Assembly (NCBI GenBank): GCA_041602035.1
Contig: JBFIHA010000013.1
Span: 1,464 to 65,463, forward strand
Direction of reading: 5' to 3'
Length of the DNA stretch: 64,000 bases
DNA from: Gemmatimonadales bacterium
GTDB lineage: Bacteria > Gemmatimonadota > Gemmatimonadetes > Gemmatimonadales > GWC2-71-9
In this document: positions 56,342 through 64,000 of the stretch, in pieces
Position numbering within the stretch: the first letter of the stretch is position 1
How the letters are laid out: each line of letters begins with the position of its first letter
Program-made: the position numbers and the translations under genes
Notes under the pieces: generated by a model
What the model saw: the letters and a program-made list of their open reading frames with translations, nothing else
Told to the model about the DNA's origin: nothing
The model's database searches: none

Positions 56342-58435
56342 ATGAAGCGATCCATGCGTTGGATGTGGGCGGTCGCCGCGCTCGTGGCGACCCCGCTGAC
56401 CGCACAGCAGGAGGAGGATCCCTACCTCTGGTTGGAGGACGTGGAGGGGGCGGAAGCCCTCGAATGGGTCGAGGCGCAAAATGCCACGACCGTCGCGCGG
56501 TTGGAAGCCTACGCGGCTTTCCGCGACTTTTACGAGCAAAGCCTCGCGATTTTGAACTCCACCCAGCGCATTCCCTACGTCTCGATCATGGGAGCGCACG
56601 TGTACAACTTCTGGCAGGACGCCCAGCACGAGAAGGGTATCTGGCGCCGCACGTCGCTCACGGACTACCTGACACCCTCACCGAGCTGGGAGGTCGTCTT
56701 GGACCTCGATGCTCTCGCCGCCGCGGAGGGCGAGAACTGGGTCTGGAAGGGTGCTAACTGCCTCTACCCGGACTACAACAGGTGCGCAGTGAACCTGTCG
56801 CGCGGCGGCGCCGACGCCGTCGTCGTCCGCGAGTATGACGCCGCGATGCGCCGGTTTGTCGACGGGGGCTTCCACCTTCCCGAGGCCAAGGGTGGGGTGT
56901 CGTGGCTCGACGAGAACACGCTGTATGTCGGCACCGACTTTGGTGAGGGTTCCCTGACGACGTCGGGATACCCGCGCATGGCCAAGCTGTGGCGACGCGG
57001 CACTCCGCTCCGTGAAGCCGAAACCATCCTCGAGGGCGCGGTCACCGACATGGGGCTGTGGGGTGGCGTCCAGCACACACCCGAAGGTCGCTACGAGATC
57101 GTCACCCGGGCACTGACGTTCTACTCCCGCGAGACCTACCTGCGGCGCGGCGACGAGATGGTGAAGCTCGATCTCCCGGCCGACGCGACGCCGTTCGGCG
57201 TCTTCAAGCATCAGCTCCTCGTTCAATTGAAATCTGACTGGACCGTCGACGGCGCAACCTATCCACAGGGAGCGTTGCTCAGCATCAGCCTCGGCGCGTT
57301 TCTCACAGGATCCAAGGACTTCACGGTCATCGTCGCTCCGGACGAGCGGTCGTCCATCTCAGGAATCAGAACGACCAAGAACCTCCTGCTGGTCAACATG
57401 CTGGAAAACGTCCGGAGCACGTTGTACGAGTACCGTTTTCAGGATGGCGCATGGGCACGAGCCCCGGTCGAGCTGCCGCCGTTCGGGACCATCCAGCTCG
57501 GTAGCGCCGACGAGAACTCGGACACGTACTTCATTAACTTCGAGAGCTTCCTGATCCCGAGCTCGTTGTACCTGGCCACGAATACCGGTGAAACCACGAC
57601 TGTGAAACAGGTGAAGAACCTGCCGGCGTTCTTCGACGCTGAGCCCTTCACGGCGCAACAGTTCGAGGCCACGTCACAGGACGGGACGCAGATCCCATAC
57701 TTCGTCGTGCACCGGAAGGACCTGCAGTTCGACGGCGCCAATCCGACGCTACTGTATGGGTATGGAGGGTTCGAGATCTCCATGGAACCGTCGTACTCGG
57801 CGACCATTGGCTCGGCCTGGCTGTCGCGCGGCGGCGTCTACGTCTTGGCGAACATCCGCGGGGGTGGCGAGTTCGGGCCGCGGTGGCACCAGTCCGCACT
57901 CAAGGAGCATCGACAGCGCGCGTACGACGATTTCATCGCGGTTGCCCAGGACCTCGTCGCCCGGGGGGTCACGTCTCCGGCCCGCCTAGGCATCCGGGGT
58001 GGGAGCAATGGTGGGCTACTCGTGGGCGCGGCCTTCACCCAACGCCCGGACCTATTCGGCGCGGTTGTCTGCCGAGTGCCGTTGCTGGACATGAAGCGCT
58101 ACAACAAGCTGCTCGCCGGCGCTTCGTGGATGGCCGAGTACGGCAATCCGGACATCCCGGAGGAGTGGGAGTACATCCGCCGGTACTCGCCGTACCACAA
58201 CGTGCATCCCGACCGTGCCTATCCACGAGTGTTCTTCCTCACGTCGACGCGCGACGACCGGGTGCATCCGGGCCACGCGCGCAAGATGGTCGCGAAGATG
58301 ACGGATCAGGGACACGAGGTGCTCTATTACGAGAACACCGAAGGCGGGCATGCAGCCGCGACCACAAACCGGCAGCGGGCATACATGGGCGCCCTCGAGT
58401 TCGCGTATCTGTGGAGCGAGTTGGGCCGGAACTAG
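56342..58435 (+). CDS. Prolyl oligopeptidase family serine peptidase (S9A)
   Basis: Signal peptide. DPYLWLED N-terminus. Catalytic GGSNGGLL. C-terminal DDRV...GGH triad region. Confidence 0.9.
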   Translation: MKRSMRWMWAVAALVATPLTAQQEEDPYLWLEDVEGAEALEWVEAQNATTVARLEAYAAFRDFYEQSLAILNSTQRIPYVSIMGAHVYNFWQDAQHEKGIWRRTSLTDYLTPSPSWEVVLDLDALAAAEGENWVWKGANCLYPDYNRCAVNLSRGGADAVVVREYDAAMRRFVDGGFHLPEAKGGVSWLDENTLYVGTDFGEGSLTTSGYPRMAKLWRRGTPLREAETILEGAVTDMGLWGGVQHTPEGRYEIVTRALTFYSRETYLRRGDEMVKLDLPADATPFGVFKHQLLVQLKSDWTVDGATYPQGALLSISLGAFLTGSKDFTVIVAPDERSSISGIRTTKNLLLVNMLENVRSTLYEYRFQDGAWARAPVELPPFGTIQLGSADENSDTYFINFESFLIPSSLYLATNTGETTTVKQVKNLPAFFDAEPFTAQQFEATSQDGTQIPYFVVHRKDLQFDGANPTLLYGYGGFEISMEPSYSATIGSAWLSRGGVYVLANIRGGGEFGPRWHQSALKEHRQRAYDDFIAVAQDLVARGVTSPARLGIRGGSNGGLLVGAAFTQRPDLFGAVVCRVPLLDMKRYNKLLAGASWMAEYGNPDIPEEWEYIRRYSPYHNVHPDRAYPRVFFLTSTRDDRVHPGHARKMVAKMTDQGHEVLYYENTEGGHAAATTNRQRAYMGALEFAYLWSELGRN

Positions 58436-58462
58436 CGCGACCGGAAGTCTGCGTCACACCTC

Positions 58463-58496
58463 AGGGCGCCGGGACTGCTTCCGGCGCCCTTTCTTG
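58463..58496 (+). terminator. Rho-independent terminator: AGGGCGCCGG / CCGGCGCCCT, then TTCTTG
   Basis: Read directly, 28 nt after the stop at 58435. Confidence 0.7.
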
Positions 58497-58573
58497 TCCA
58501 GCGTGACCAAGTCACGGAAGGGAATCGGGCTTCGATCTACACTTTCAGGAGATCGTATCAACTCGTCCCCTCT

Positions 58574-58606
58574 GCGGGGCCTCCACCCGAGGCCCCGCTT
58601 GTGTTT
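58574..58606 (+). terminator. Second terminator-like hairpin: GCGGGGCCTC / GAGGCCCCGC, then TTGTGTTTG
   Basis: Perfect 10-bp stem, 5-nt loop and T-rich tail, 60 nt upstream of the Crp-like ATG. Confidence 0.55.
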
Positions 58607-58666
58607 GACGCACCGTTACACAGCGCCGCATGTTACCGGCGATCACCAATATCGGAGACGCCCCCG

Positions 58667-59329
58667 ATGAAGACGGAGGCCATCCTGGATCAGTTGCGAG
58701 CGTACCGCCGCGCGGCGGACCCGATTCGCCGGGAGATGGTGCGGGCCGGGGTGCGGCACCGCTTCCCAGTAGGCGCCACGCTGTTTCACGGTGGGGAGGT
58801 GGTGGACCAGTTCGCCCTTGTGGGCGCTGGCCGCATCCGCGTGTACAAGGCCGGCGGGTCGGGACGGGAGATTACCCTCTACCACGTCGCGCCGGGCGAC
58901 GTGTGTCTCCTCACGGTGGCGAGTATCCTGGGTCGGCGGACCTACCCGGCCACGGCGGTGGTCGAGGAGCCGGTGGAGGCTGTCGTGTTTCCGGGCGACC
59001 GGTTGCGGCGGTGGGTGGAACTGAGCCCTGCCATCCGAGAGTTCGTGTTCGGGCTGTTTACGTCGCGACTCGCTCACGTGATGACCCTGCTCGAAGAAAT
59101 CGTGTTCCGGCGCGTCGATGAGCGGCTGGCCGAGTTCCTCGCCGCACGATTCCAGGAGCGCGGTGGATCGCATCCCACACTCCGCATCACGCACGAAGAG
59201 GTCGCCGCGGAGTTGGGGACGGCCCGGGAAGTGGTGAGCCGCTTGCTCAAAGAGCTGGAGCGTCGAGGCGCGGTGCGGTTGAGCCGCGGTCGTATCGCAC
59301 TCGGCGATCCCGCCACATTGAACGGGTAG
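58667..59329 (+). CDS. Crp/Fnr-family transcriptional regulator
   Basis: N-terminal cNMP-binding-like beta-barrel and C-terminal HTH (HEEVAAELGTAREVVSRLLKELE). Confidence 0.85.
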   Translation: MKTEAILDQLRAYRRAADPIRREMVRAGVRHRFPVGATLFHGGEVVDQFALVGAGRIRVYKAGGSGREITLYHVAPGDVCLLTVASILGRRTYPATAVVEEPVEAVVFPGDRLRRWVELSPAIREFVFGLFTSRLAHVMTLLEEIVFRRVDERLAEFLAARFQERGGSHPTLRITHEEVAAELGTAREVVSRLLKELERRGAVRLSRGRIALGDPATLNG

Positions 59330-59373
59330 ACCCGCGGGCTCCACTGACAAGCACTTCCTCCCCCGCGCCTCCC

Positions 59374-61647
59374 ATGGCACATTACGCGCCCATGCCACAG
59401 ATCTTGACCGGTCTTCAGGAGGGTCTTCGCGGCCGCTATGCGATCGAGCGCCAGCTCGGCGAAGGCGGCATGGCGGTGGTCTACCTCGCAAAGGACGAGC
59501 GCCACGATCGGCAGGTCGCGCTCAAAGTCCTTAAGCCGCAACTCTCCCACGAGATCGGCGCTGAGCGGTTTCTCCGCGAGATCAAGATCGCGGCCGGGTT
59601 AACCCACCCCCACATCCTGGCGCTCTACGACTCGGGTGAGGCCGCGGGTCTGTTGTTTTACGTGATGCCGACGATGGAGGGGAAGTCCCTGCGCGAGCGG
59701 CTCGACAAGGAACGCCAGCTGCCGCTGGACGAGGCGCTACGCATCACCCAGGAAGTGGCCTCGGCGCTCGATTACGCGCACCGGCACGGAGTGGTGCATC
59801 GGGACATCAAGCCCGAGAACATCCTGCTCCACGAAGGGTCCGCCCTGGTGGCCGACTTCGGCATCGGCAAGGCGGCGAGCGCCGCCGAAGGCTCCATCAC
59901 CCAGACCGGGATCGCGATCGGCACGCCGGCCTACATGAGTCCCGAACAGGCCTCGGCCGAGCACGACGTAGATGGCCGCAGCGACCTGTACAGCCTGGGG
60001 TGCGTCTTGTACGAGATGCTGAGCGGCGAGCAGCCGTTCACCGGCCCCACGGCCCAAGCGGTGATCACCAAGCGGTTCCTGGCCCCGATCCCCAAGGTGC
60101 GCGCCATGCGCGACGTGCCCGAGCTGCTCGATGACGCGGTGACCCGCACGCTGGCCCGCACGCCGGTGGATCGCTTCCCCAGTGCCGCCGAGTTCGCCGC
60201 AGTGCTGCGGGACATCCAAAGTGGCGGGGCGAGCCCGCCGCTGGGCGTGCCGTCGGTGGAGCGCAACTCACTGGACAAGAAGTCCATCGCCGTGCTCCCG
60301 CTCGCCAACCGCAGCGCCGACCCTGAAAACGAGTACTTCAGTGACGGCATGACCGAGGAGATCATCAACGTGCTGGGCAAGGTGCCCGGCATCCAGGTCG
60401 CGTCACGCACGTCGAGCTTTGCGTTCAAGGGCAAGGACGTCGACGTCCGGCAGATCGGCGACAAGCTCGGCGTGGGAACAGTGCTCGAGGGCAGCGTACG
60501 CAAGGTGGGGAACCGGATCCGGATCACCGCCCAGCTCACCGACGTCTTCAACGGCTACAATCTGTGGTCCGAGACCTATGACCGCCAGCTCGAAGACGTA
60601 TTCGCCATTCAGGACGAGATCTCGCGTGCTATCGTGGAGGCGCTCAAGCTGCAGCTGCTCGGCGAGGAACAGGCGCTCGTGGTTCCCACGACACGAAACC
60701 TCGAGGCGTACAATCTCTACCTCAAAGGCCGGTTCTTCTACAACAAGGACACCAAGTCGGACCTTCAGAAGGGAATCGAGCTCTTCCAGAAGGCGCTCGA
60801 GCTGGACGCGGGTTACGCACAGGCCCACGCCGGAATCGCTGACTGTTGGAGCTATCTGGCCGATGACTGGGTGATCCCCGATGAGGCGTATCCGCAGGCC
60901 AAGGCGGCGGCGACACGGGCGCTCGACCTCGACCCCGGGCTCGTCGAGGCGCTAACAGCCCTTGGCAAAGTGCTGTGTTGGTATGAGTGGGATTTCGCTG
61001 GTGCCGAGCGGGAGCTACGGAAGGCGGTGAAGCTCAACCCCAATTCCGCCGAGGCGCACTTTGTGTTCGGGACCGTCCTGCCGTCCGTCGGGCGGCTGCA
61101 AGACGCGATTGCCGAGATGCGACAGGCGCTCCTGCTCGATCCGCTGTCCGCTCATTTCGGGCGGTGGCTCGGACGGTTCCTGCTGTACACCGGAGACCAT
61201 GAGGGTGCCATCCAGCAGGGCCACAAGACCCTGGAGATCGACGGGAGCTATGTGCAGGCGCACCTGAACATCGGAGCGGCATATTTGGGTCTAGGGAAGC
61301 CGCACGAAGCGCTCACATGGTATCAGCGCGGTCAGTCGTTGCCCTCCTCGGTGCGGTCGTACGACGCCTTCATCGTGCGCGCCTTGGCGGCACTCGGCGA
61401 GCGTGACGAGGCGGAGGCGATCCTTCGCCGACTGGAGGATCAGGGCAAGGAGCAGTACATGCGCGGCGAAATCCTCGCGATGGGGTATGCCGCCGTCGGC
61501 GATTCTGACCGCGCCTTCGGGTGTCTGAATGACGCCCTCGCGGCGCGCTCTGCGGGACTCATCTACCTCCATATCGACCCAGGCTACGCTCCGCTGCGCG
61601 ACGACCTACGCTTCGCCGACATGGTGAAGAGCGTCGGAGTGAGGTAG
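59374..61647 (+). CDS. Ser/Thr protein kinase fused to a TolB-N-like module and TPR repeats; no obvious TM segment
   Basis: GEGGMAVVY, HRDIKPENILL, DFGIG, GTPAYMSPE, then SIAVLPLANRSADPENEYFSDGMTEEII and TPR helices. Confidence 0.9.
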   Translation: MAHYAPMPQILTGLQEGLRGRYAIERQLGEGGMAVVYLAKDERHDRQVALKVLKPQLSHEIGAERFLREIKIAAGLTHPHILALYDSGEAAGLLFYVMPTMEGKSLRERLDKERQLPLDEALRITQEVASALDYAHRHGVVHRDIKPENILLHEGSALVADFGIGKAASAAEGSITQTGIAIGTPAYMSPEQASAEHDVDGRSDLYSLGCVLYEMLSGEQPFTGPTAQAVITKRFLAPIPKVRAMRDVPELLDDAVTRTLARTPVDRFPSAAEFAAVLRDIQSGGASPPLGVPSVERNSLDKKSIAVLPLANRSADPENEYFSDGMTEEIINVLGKVPGIQVASRTSSFAFKGKDVDVRQIGDKLGVGTVLEGSVRKVGNRIRITAQLTDVFNGYNLWSETYDRQLEDVFAIQDEISRAIVEALKLQLLGEEQALVVPTTRNLEAYNLYLKGRFFYNKDTKSDLQKGIELFQKALELDAGYAQAHAGIADCWSYLADDWVIPDEAYPQAKAAATRALDLDPGLVEALTALGKVLCWYEWDFAGAERELRKAVKLNPNSAEAHFVFGTVLPSVGRLQDAIAEMRQALLLDPLSAHFGRWLGRFLLYTGDHEGAIQQGHKTLEIDGSYVQAHLNIGAAYLGLGKPHEALTWYQRGQSLPSSVRSYDAFIVRALAALGERDEAEAILRRLEDQGKEQYMRGEILAMGYAAVGDSDRAFGCLNDALAARSAGLIYLHIDPGYAPLRDDLRFADMVKSVGVR

Positions 61648-61732
61648 CACCAACCTGACCGACGGGTCACGATTCGGCGCCCGCAGCCGGGGGGACTCGG
61701 AGCCGGGAGCCCACAACTCCCGTCGGACACCG

Positions 61733-62215
61733 TTACGCCAGCGGATCCCGCTGCTTGAGGTTGGCCTGAATTTCCCCAACGAGGATCTGACGGGCCAGCT
61801 CGTAGCGTGCGCCGATGGTGCGCGCAATGTTCCCCATGACCACGTAGCCTATCCGGGGATCGGCGTCACAGCGGTCCTGCAGGTCGGACTGCTTGATCCG
61901 GAGCAGCTCCGAATCCTCCACGGCACACGCGGTGAGCGTGTACGTGTGCGGGGGGATCATCGCCGACCAGCCACACGCGCCGTTGGCGGTCACGGTATCC
62001 AGCGGATACTCGTCAATGGCGCCGGCGTACATGACCTGAAACCGAAGCTCGACCCGTCCGGAGCGGACGAAGAGCAGATACTGCGCCGGGTCACCAGCTT
62101 GGAAGACCGTGTCGCCACGCTTAACGGTGATGACCTCGCAGCGTTCCCCGATGGTGCGTACCTGGTCCGGTGTCAGTCCCTCGAAGATCACGAGCCGTTC
62201 CAGTCCTTCGACCAT
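61733..62215 (-). CDS. Stand-alone cyclic-nucleotide-binding domain protein
   Basis: 160 aa with a cNMP-binding beta-barrel pattern (GDTVFQAGDPAQYLLFVRSGRVEL). Confidence 0.75.
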   Translation of the reverse strand: MVEGLERLVIFEGLTPDQVRTIGERCEVITVKRGDTVFQAGDPAQYLLFVRSGRVELRFQVMYAGAIDEYPLDTVTANGACGWSAMIPPHTYTLTACAVEDSELLRIKQSDLQDRCDADPRIGYVVMGNIARTIGARYELARQILVGEIQANLKQRDPLA

Positions 62216-62325
62216 GATAGATGCCTCCTGAATCGACCGCGGCGTCGTGCGGCTGGGAGCTGCGCACAGTAGGCCGCCTCAGTGCCAAGCTGCCGCCGAT
62301 CCCCAGCCGTCGCAAGTTCTCGAGC

Positions 62326-64000
62326 TCACACCGTCCGTAGCGCCTCGAGCACCCGCTCTCGCGTCATCGGGAGCCGGCGGATCTGCGCGCCCGTGGCGTC
62401 AAACACCGCATTCGCGATCACCGCACCCATGTTGATGATCGCGGGCTCACCGCCACCCTTGGGCGGGAGCGCGTCGTTCTGGACGAACACCGTTTCGATC
62501 CGTGGCACCCACGAGAAGCGCGGCAGCTGGTAGGTGTCGAAGTTGGCGTCGAGGACCTTCCCACCCTCGAAGCGGACCTCCTCCGTGAACACGTAGCCCA
62601 ACCCCATGGCGATACAACCTTCCATCTGCATCCGCGCCCCGTCGGGGTTGACCACGAGCCCCATGTCCTGCGCGCACACCACGCGGTCCACCGTCACCGC
62701 TCCCGTCGAGCGGTCCACCGTCACTTCCGCGGCCAGCGCGACGTAGGTCTCGGCGTCGATACCGCAGGCGATGCCGCGTCCGCGACCGCTGCCGGCGGGC
62801 GCCGCGCGTGGTGTCCAGGCGCACGCCTTCGCCACCGCCTCGAGTACCGCACGCATGCGGCGATCGGTTGTGTTCTTCAAACGGAATTGCAGCGGGTCCA
62901 TCCGCGCCGCCGCGGCCATGAGGTCCATCTGCTGTTCCGCCGCGAACCGATTGGTGTTGGCGGCGGGCGCACGCCACGCCCCAACCGCAAACGGATGGTA
63001 CCCGTCGGGGCCACCACGCCACTCGCCGTACACCCTGACGCTCCGGTTCGGCACGTCGTAGAACACGTCCGAGCCGCGCGAGCCGGCGCCGTACACCTGG
63101 TAATCCCAGAGCGTGAGCCGGCCGGCCGCGTCGATGCCGGAAACCACCTTCACGACGGCTGCTGGACGGAACGTGTCGTAGAAGAACTCTTCGGCCCGGG
63201 TCCACATGACCTGCACCGGCTTGCCGGTGATCTTCGCGAGCTGCGCCGCCTCGACGGCCTGCTGGCCCGGCACCTTGCCACCGAAGCCACCGCCCACGTA
63301 GGGCGTGATCACCCGCACGTCATCCGGACGGAACCCGATCGCCCGCGCGATGGTGGTCTGCTGACTGAACGGGGCCTGTGTGGACGACCACACGGTTGCC
63401 TTGCCGTTCATGACCTCGGCCACGGCCGTGTGCGGTTCTATGGGCGCGTGTGCCACGTACCCGTTGTAGTAGGTGACGTCGAACGTCTTGGCACTCATCC
63501 GGCGGCCGAGGGCGAGATCACCGGCGGCATCCGGCGTGGCAGGGGCCGGCGCGGCCTCCACCAGGTGCGCGAAGATGCTCTCGGCATCGACCGACGGCGC
63601 CGGCACGTCGAAGTCGGCGTCGACGAGCTTCAGTCCCGCCGCCGCCGTCTCCGGATCGGCGGCGAGCACCGCCACGAGCCCGTCCTGATTCACCACGGTC
63701 ACACCAGCCAGCGCCTGGGCCGCACTCGTGTCCACCCGGATGAGCCGCGCCCCATGCGCCGGCGGCCGAAGGATACGGGCGTACAGCATGCCCGCGAGCT
63801 GGAGATCGCCGGCGTACTGGGCGGCGCCGGTCACCTTGTCGCGGCCATCCAGCCGCGTGGGTGATTCGCCGATGGCGGTGAACTCCTTCACCGCGCGGAG
63901 CACGGCGCGCTCGTCCACGGTGTGCGTGATCTGCTTCCCCTGGGCGAGCTCCCCGTATGTGACGCGCCGCGTGCGATCACCGCGCACGATAATCACACCA
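62326..64000 (-). CDS. Xanthine dehydrogenase/aldehyde oxidase-family molybdopterin-binding subunit (IorB/CoxL-like); 5' end lies beyond the window
   Basis: The ORF is open to the window edge. YVGGGFGGK motif. Long C-terminal MoCo-binding-like region. Confidence 0.8.
   Translation of the reverse strand, partial: GVIIVRGDRTRRVTYGELAQGKQITHTVDERAVLRAVKEFTAIGESPTRLDGRDKVTGAAQYAGDLQLAGMLYARILRPPAHGARLIRVDTSAAQALAGVTVVNQDGLVAVLAADPETAAAGLKLVDADFDVPAPSVDAESIFAHLVEAAPAPATPDAAGDLALGRRMSAKTFDVTYYNGYVAHAPIEPHTAVAEVMNGKATVWSSTQAPFSQQTTIARAIGFRPDDVRVITPYVGGGFGGKVPGQQAVEAAQLAKITGKPVQVMWTRAEEFFYDTFRPAAVVKVVSGIDAAGRLTLWDYQVYGAGSRGSDVFYDVPNRSVRVYGEWRGGPDGYHPFAVGAWRAPAANTNRFAAEQQMDLMAAAARMDPLQFRLKNTTDRRMRAVLEAVAKACAWTPRAAPAGSGRGRGIACGIDAETYVALAAEVTVDRSTGAVTVDRVVCAQDMGLVVNPDGARMQMEGCIAMGLGYVFTEEVRFEGGKVLDANFDTYQLPRFSWVPRIETVFVQNDALPPKGGGEPAIINMGAVIANAVFDATGAQIRRLPMTRERVLEALRTV

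Overview
High-GC bacterial chromosomal window. The gene content (many Ser/Thr-kinase/TPR and BTAD/TPR sensors, many exported peptidases) suggests a Gemmatimonadota- or Acidobacteriota-like soil bacterium, but that is inference only. I support about 50 protein-coding genes and found no rRNA, tRNA, CRISPR array or mobile element. Main blocks: (1) a BTAD regulator, membrane protein and Ser/Thr kinase; (2) a tightly packed alpha-glucan operon, glgP-glgA plus three tandem GH57 genes, flanked by small zinc-ribbon proteins; (3) a PBP1B-type cell-wall synthase followed by a thioredoxin-fold gene that the ORF track splits at an in-frame TGA falling exactly on the CxxC redox cysteine, a candidate selenoprotein; (4) a peptidase-rich stretch (M16 pair, DPP-IV, PepE, M14, AstE-like, later a prolyl oligopeptidase) with mltG; (5) a receiver / histidine kinase / sigma-54 activator operon divergent from a seven-gene respiratory cluster encoding a monoheme and a pentaheme cytochrome c, a Tat-exported molybdopterin-family subunit, a four-cluster FeS subunit, an NrfD-like membrane subunit and two paralogous four-domain cytochromes c (14 CxxCH motifs in total); (6) a Crp/Fnr regulator, second Ser/Thr kinase and cNMP-binding protein, then a partial xanthine-dehydrogenase-family gene. 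Most interesting: the candidate selenoprotein, the atypical ACIII/Qrc-like cluster with its putative sigma-54 promoter, and a set of [DE]RR-repeat zinc-ribbon proteins linked to the glycogen operon. Many long ORFs in the track are antisense shadow ORFs typical of high-GC DNA and are not called.
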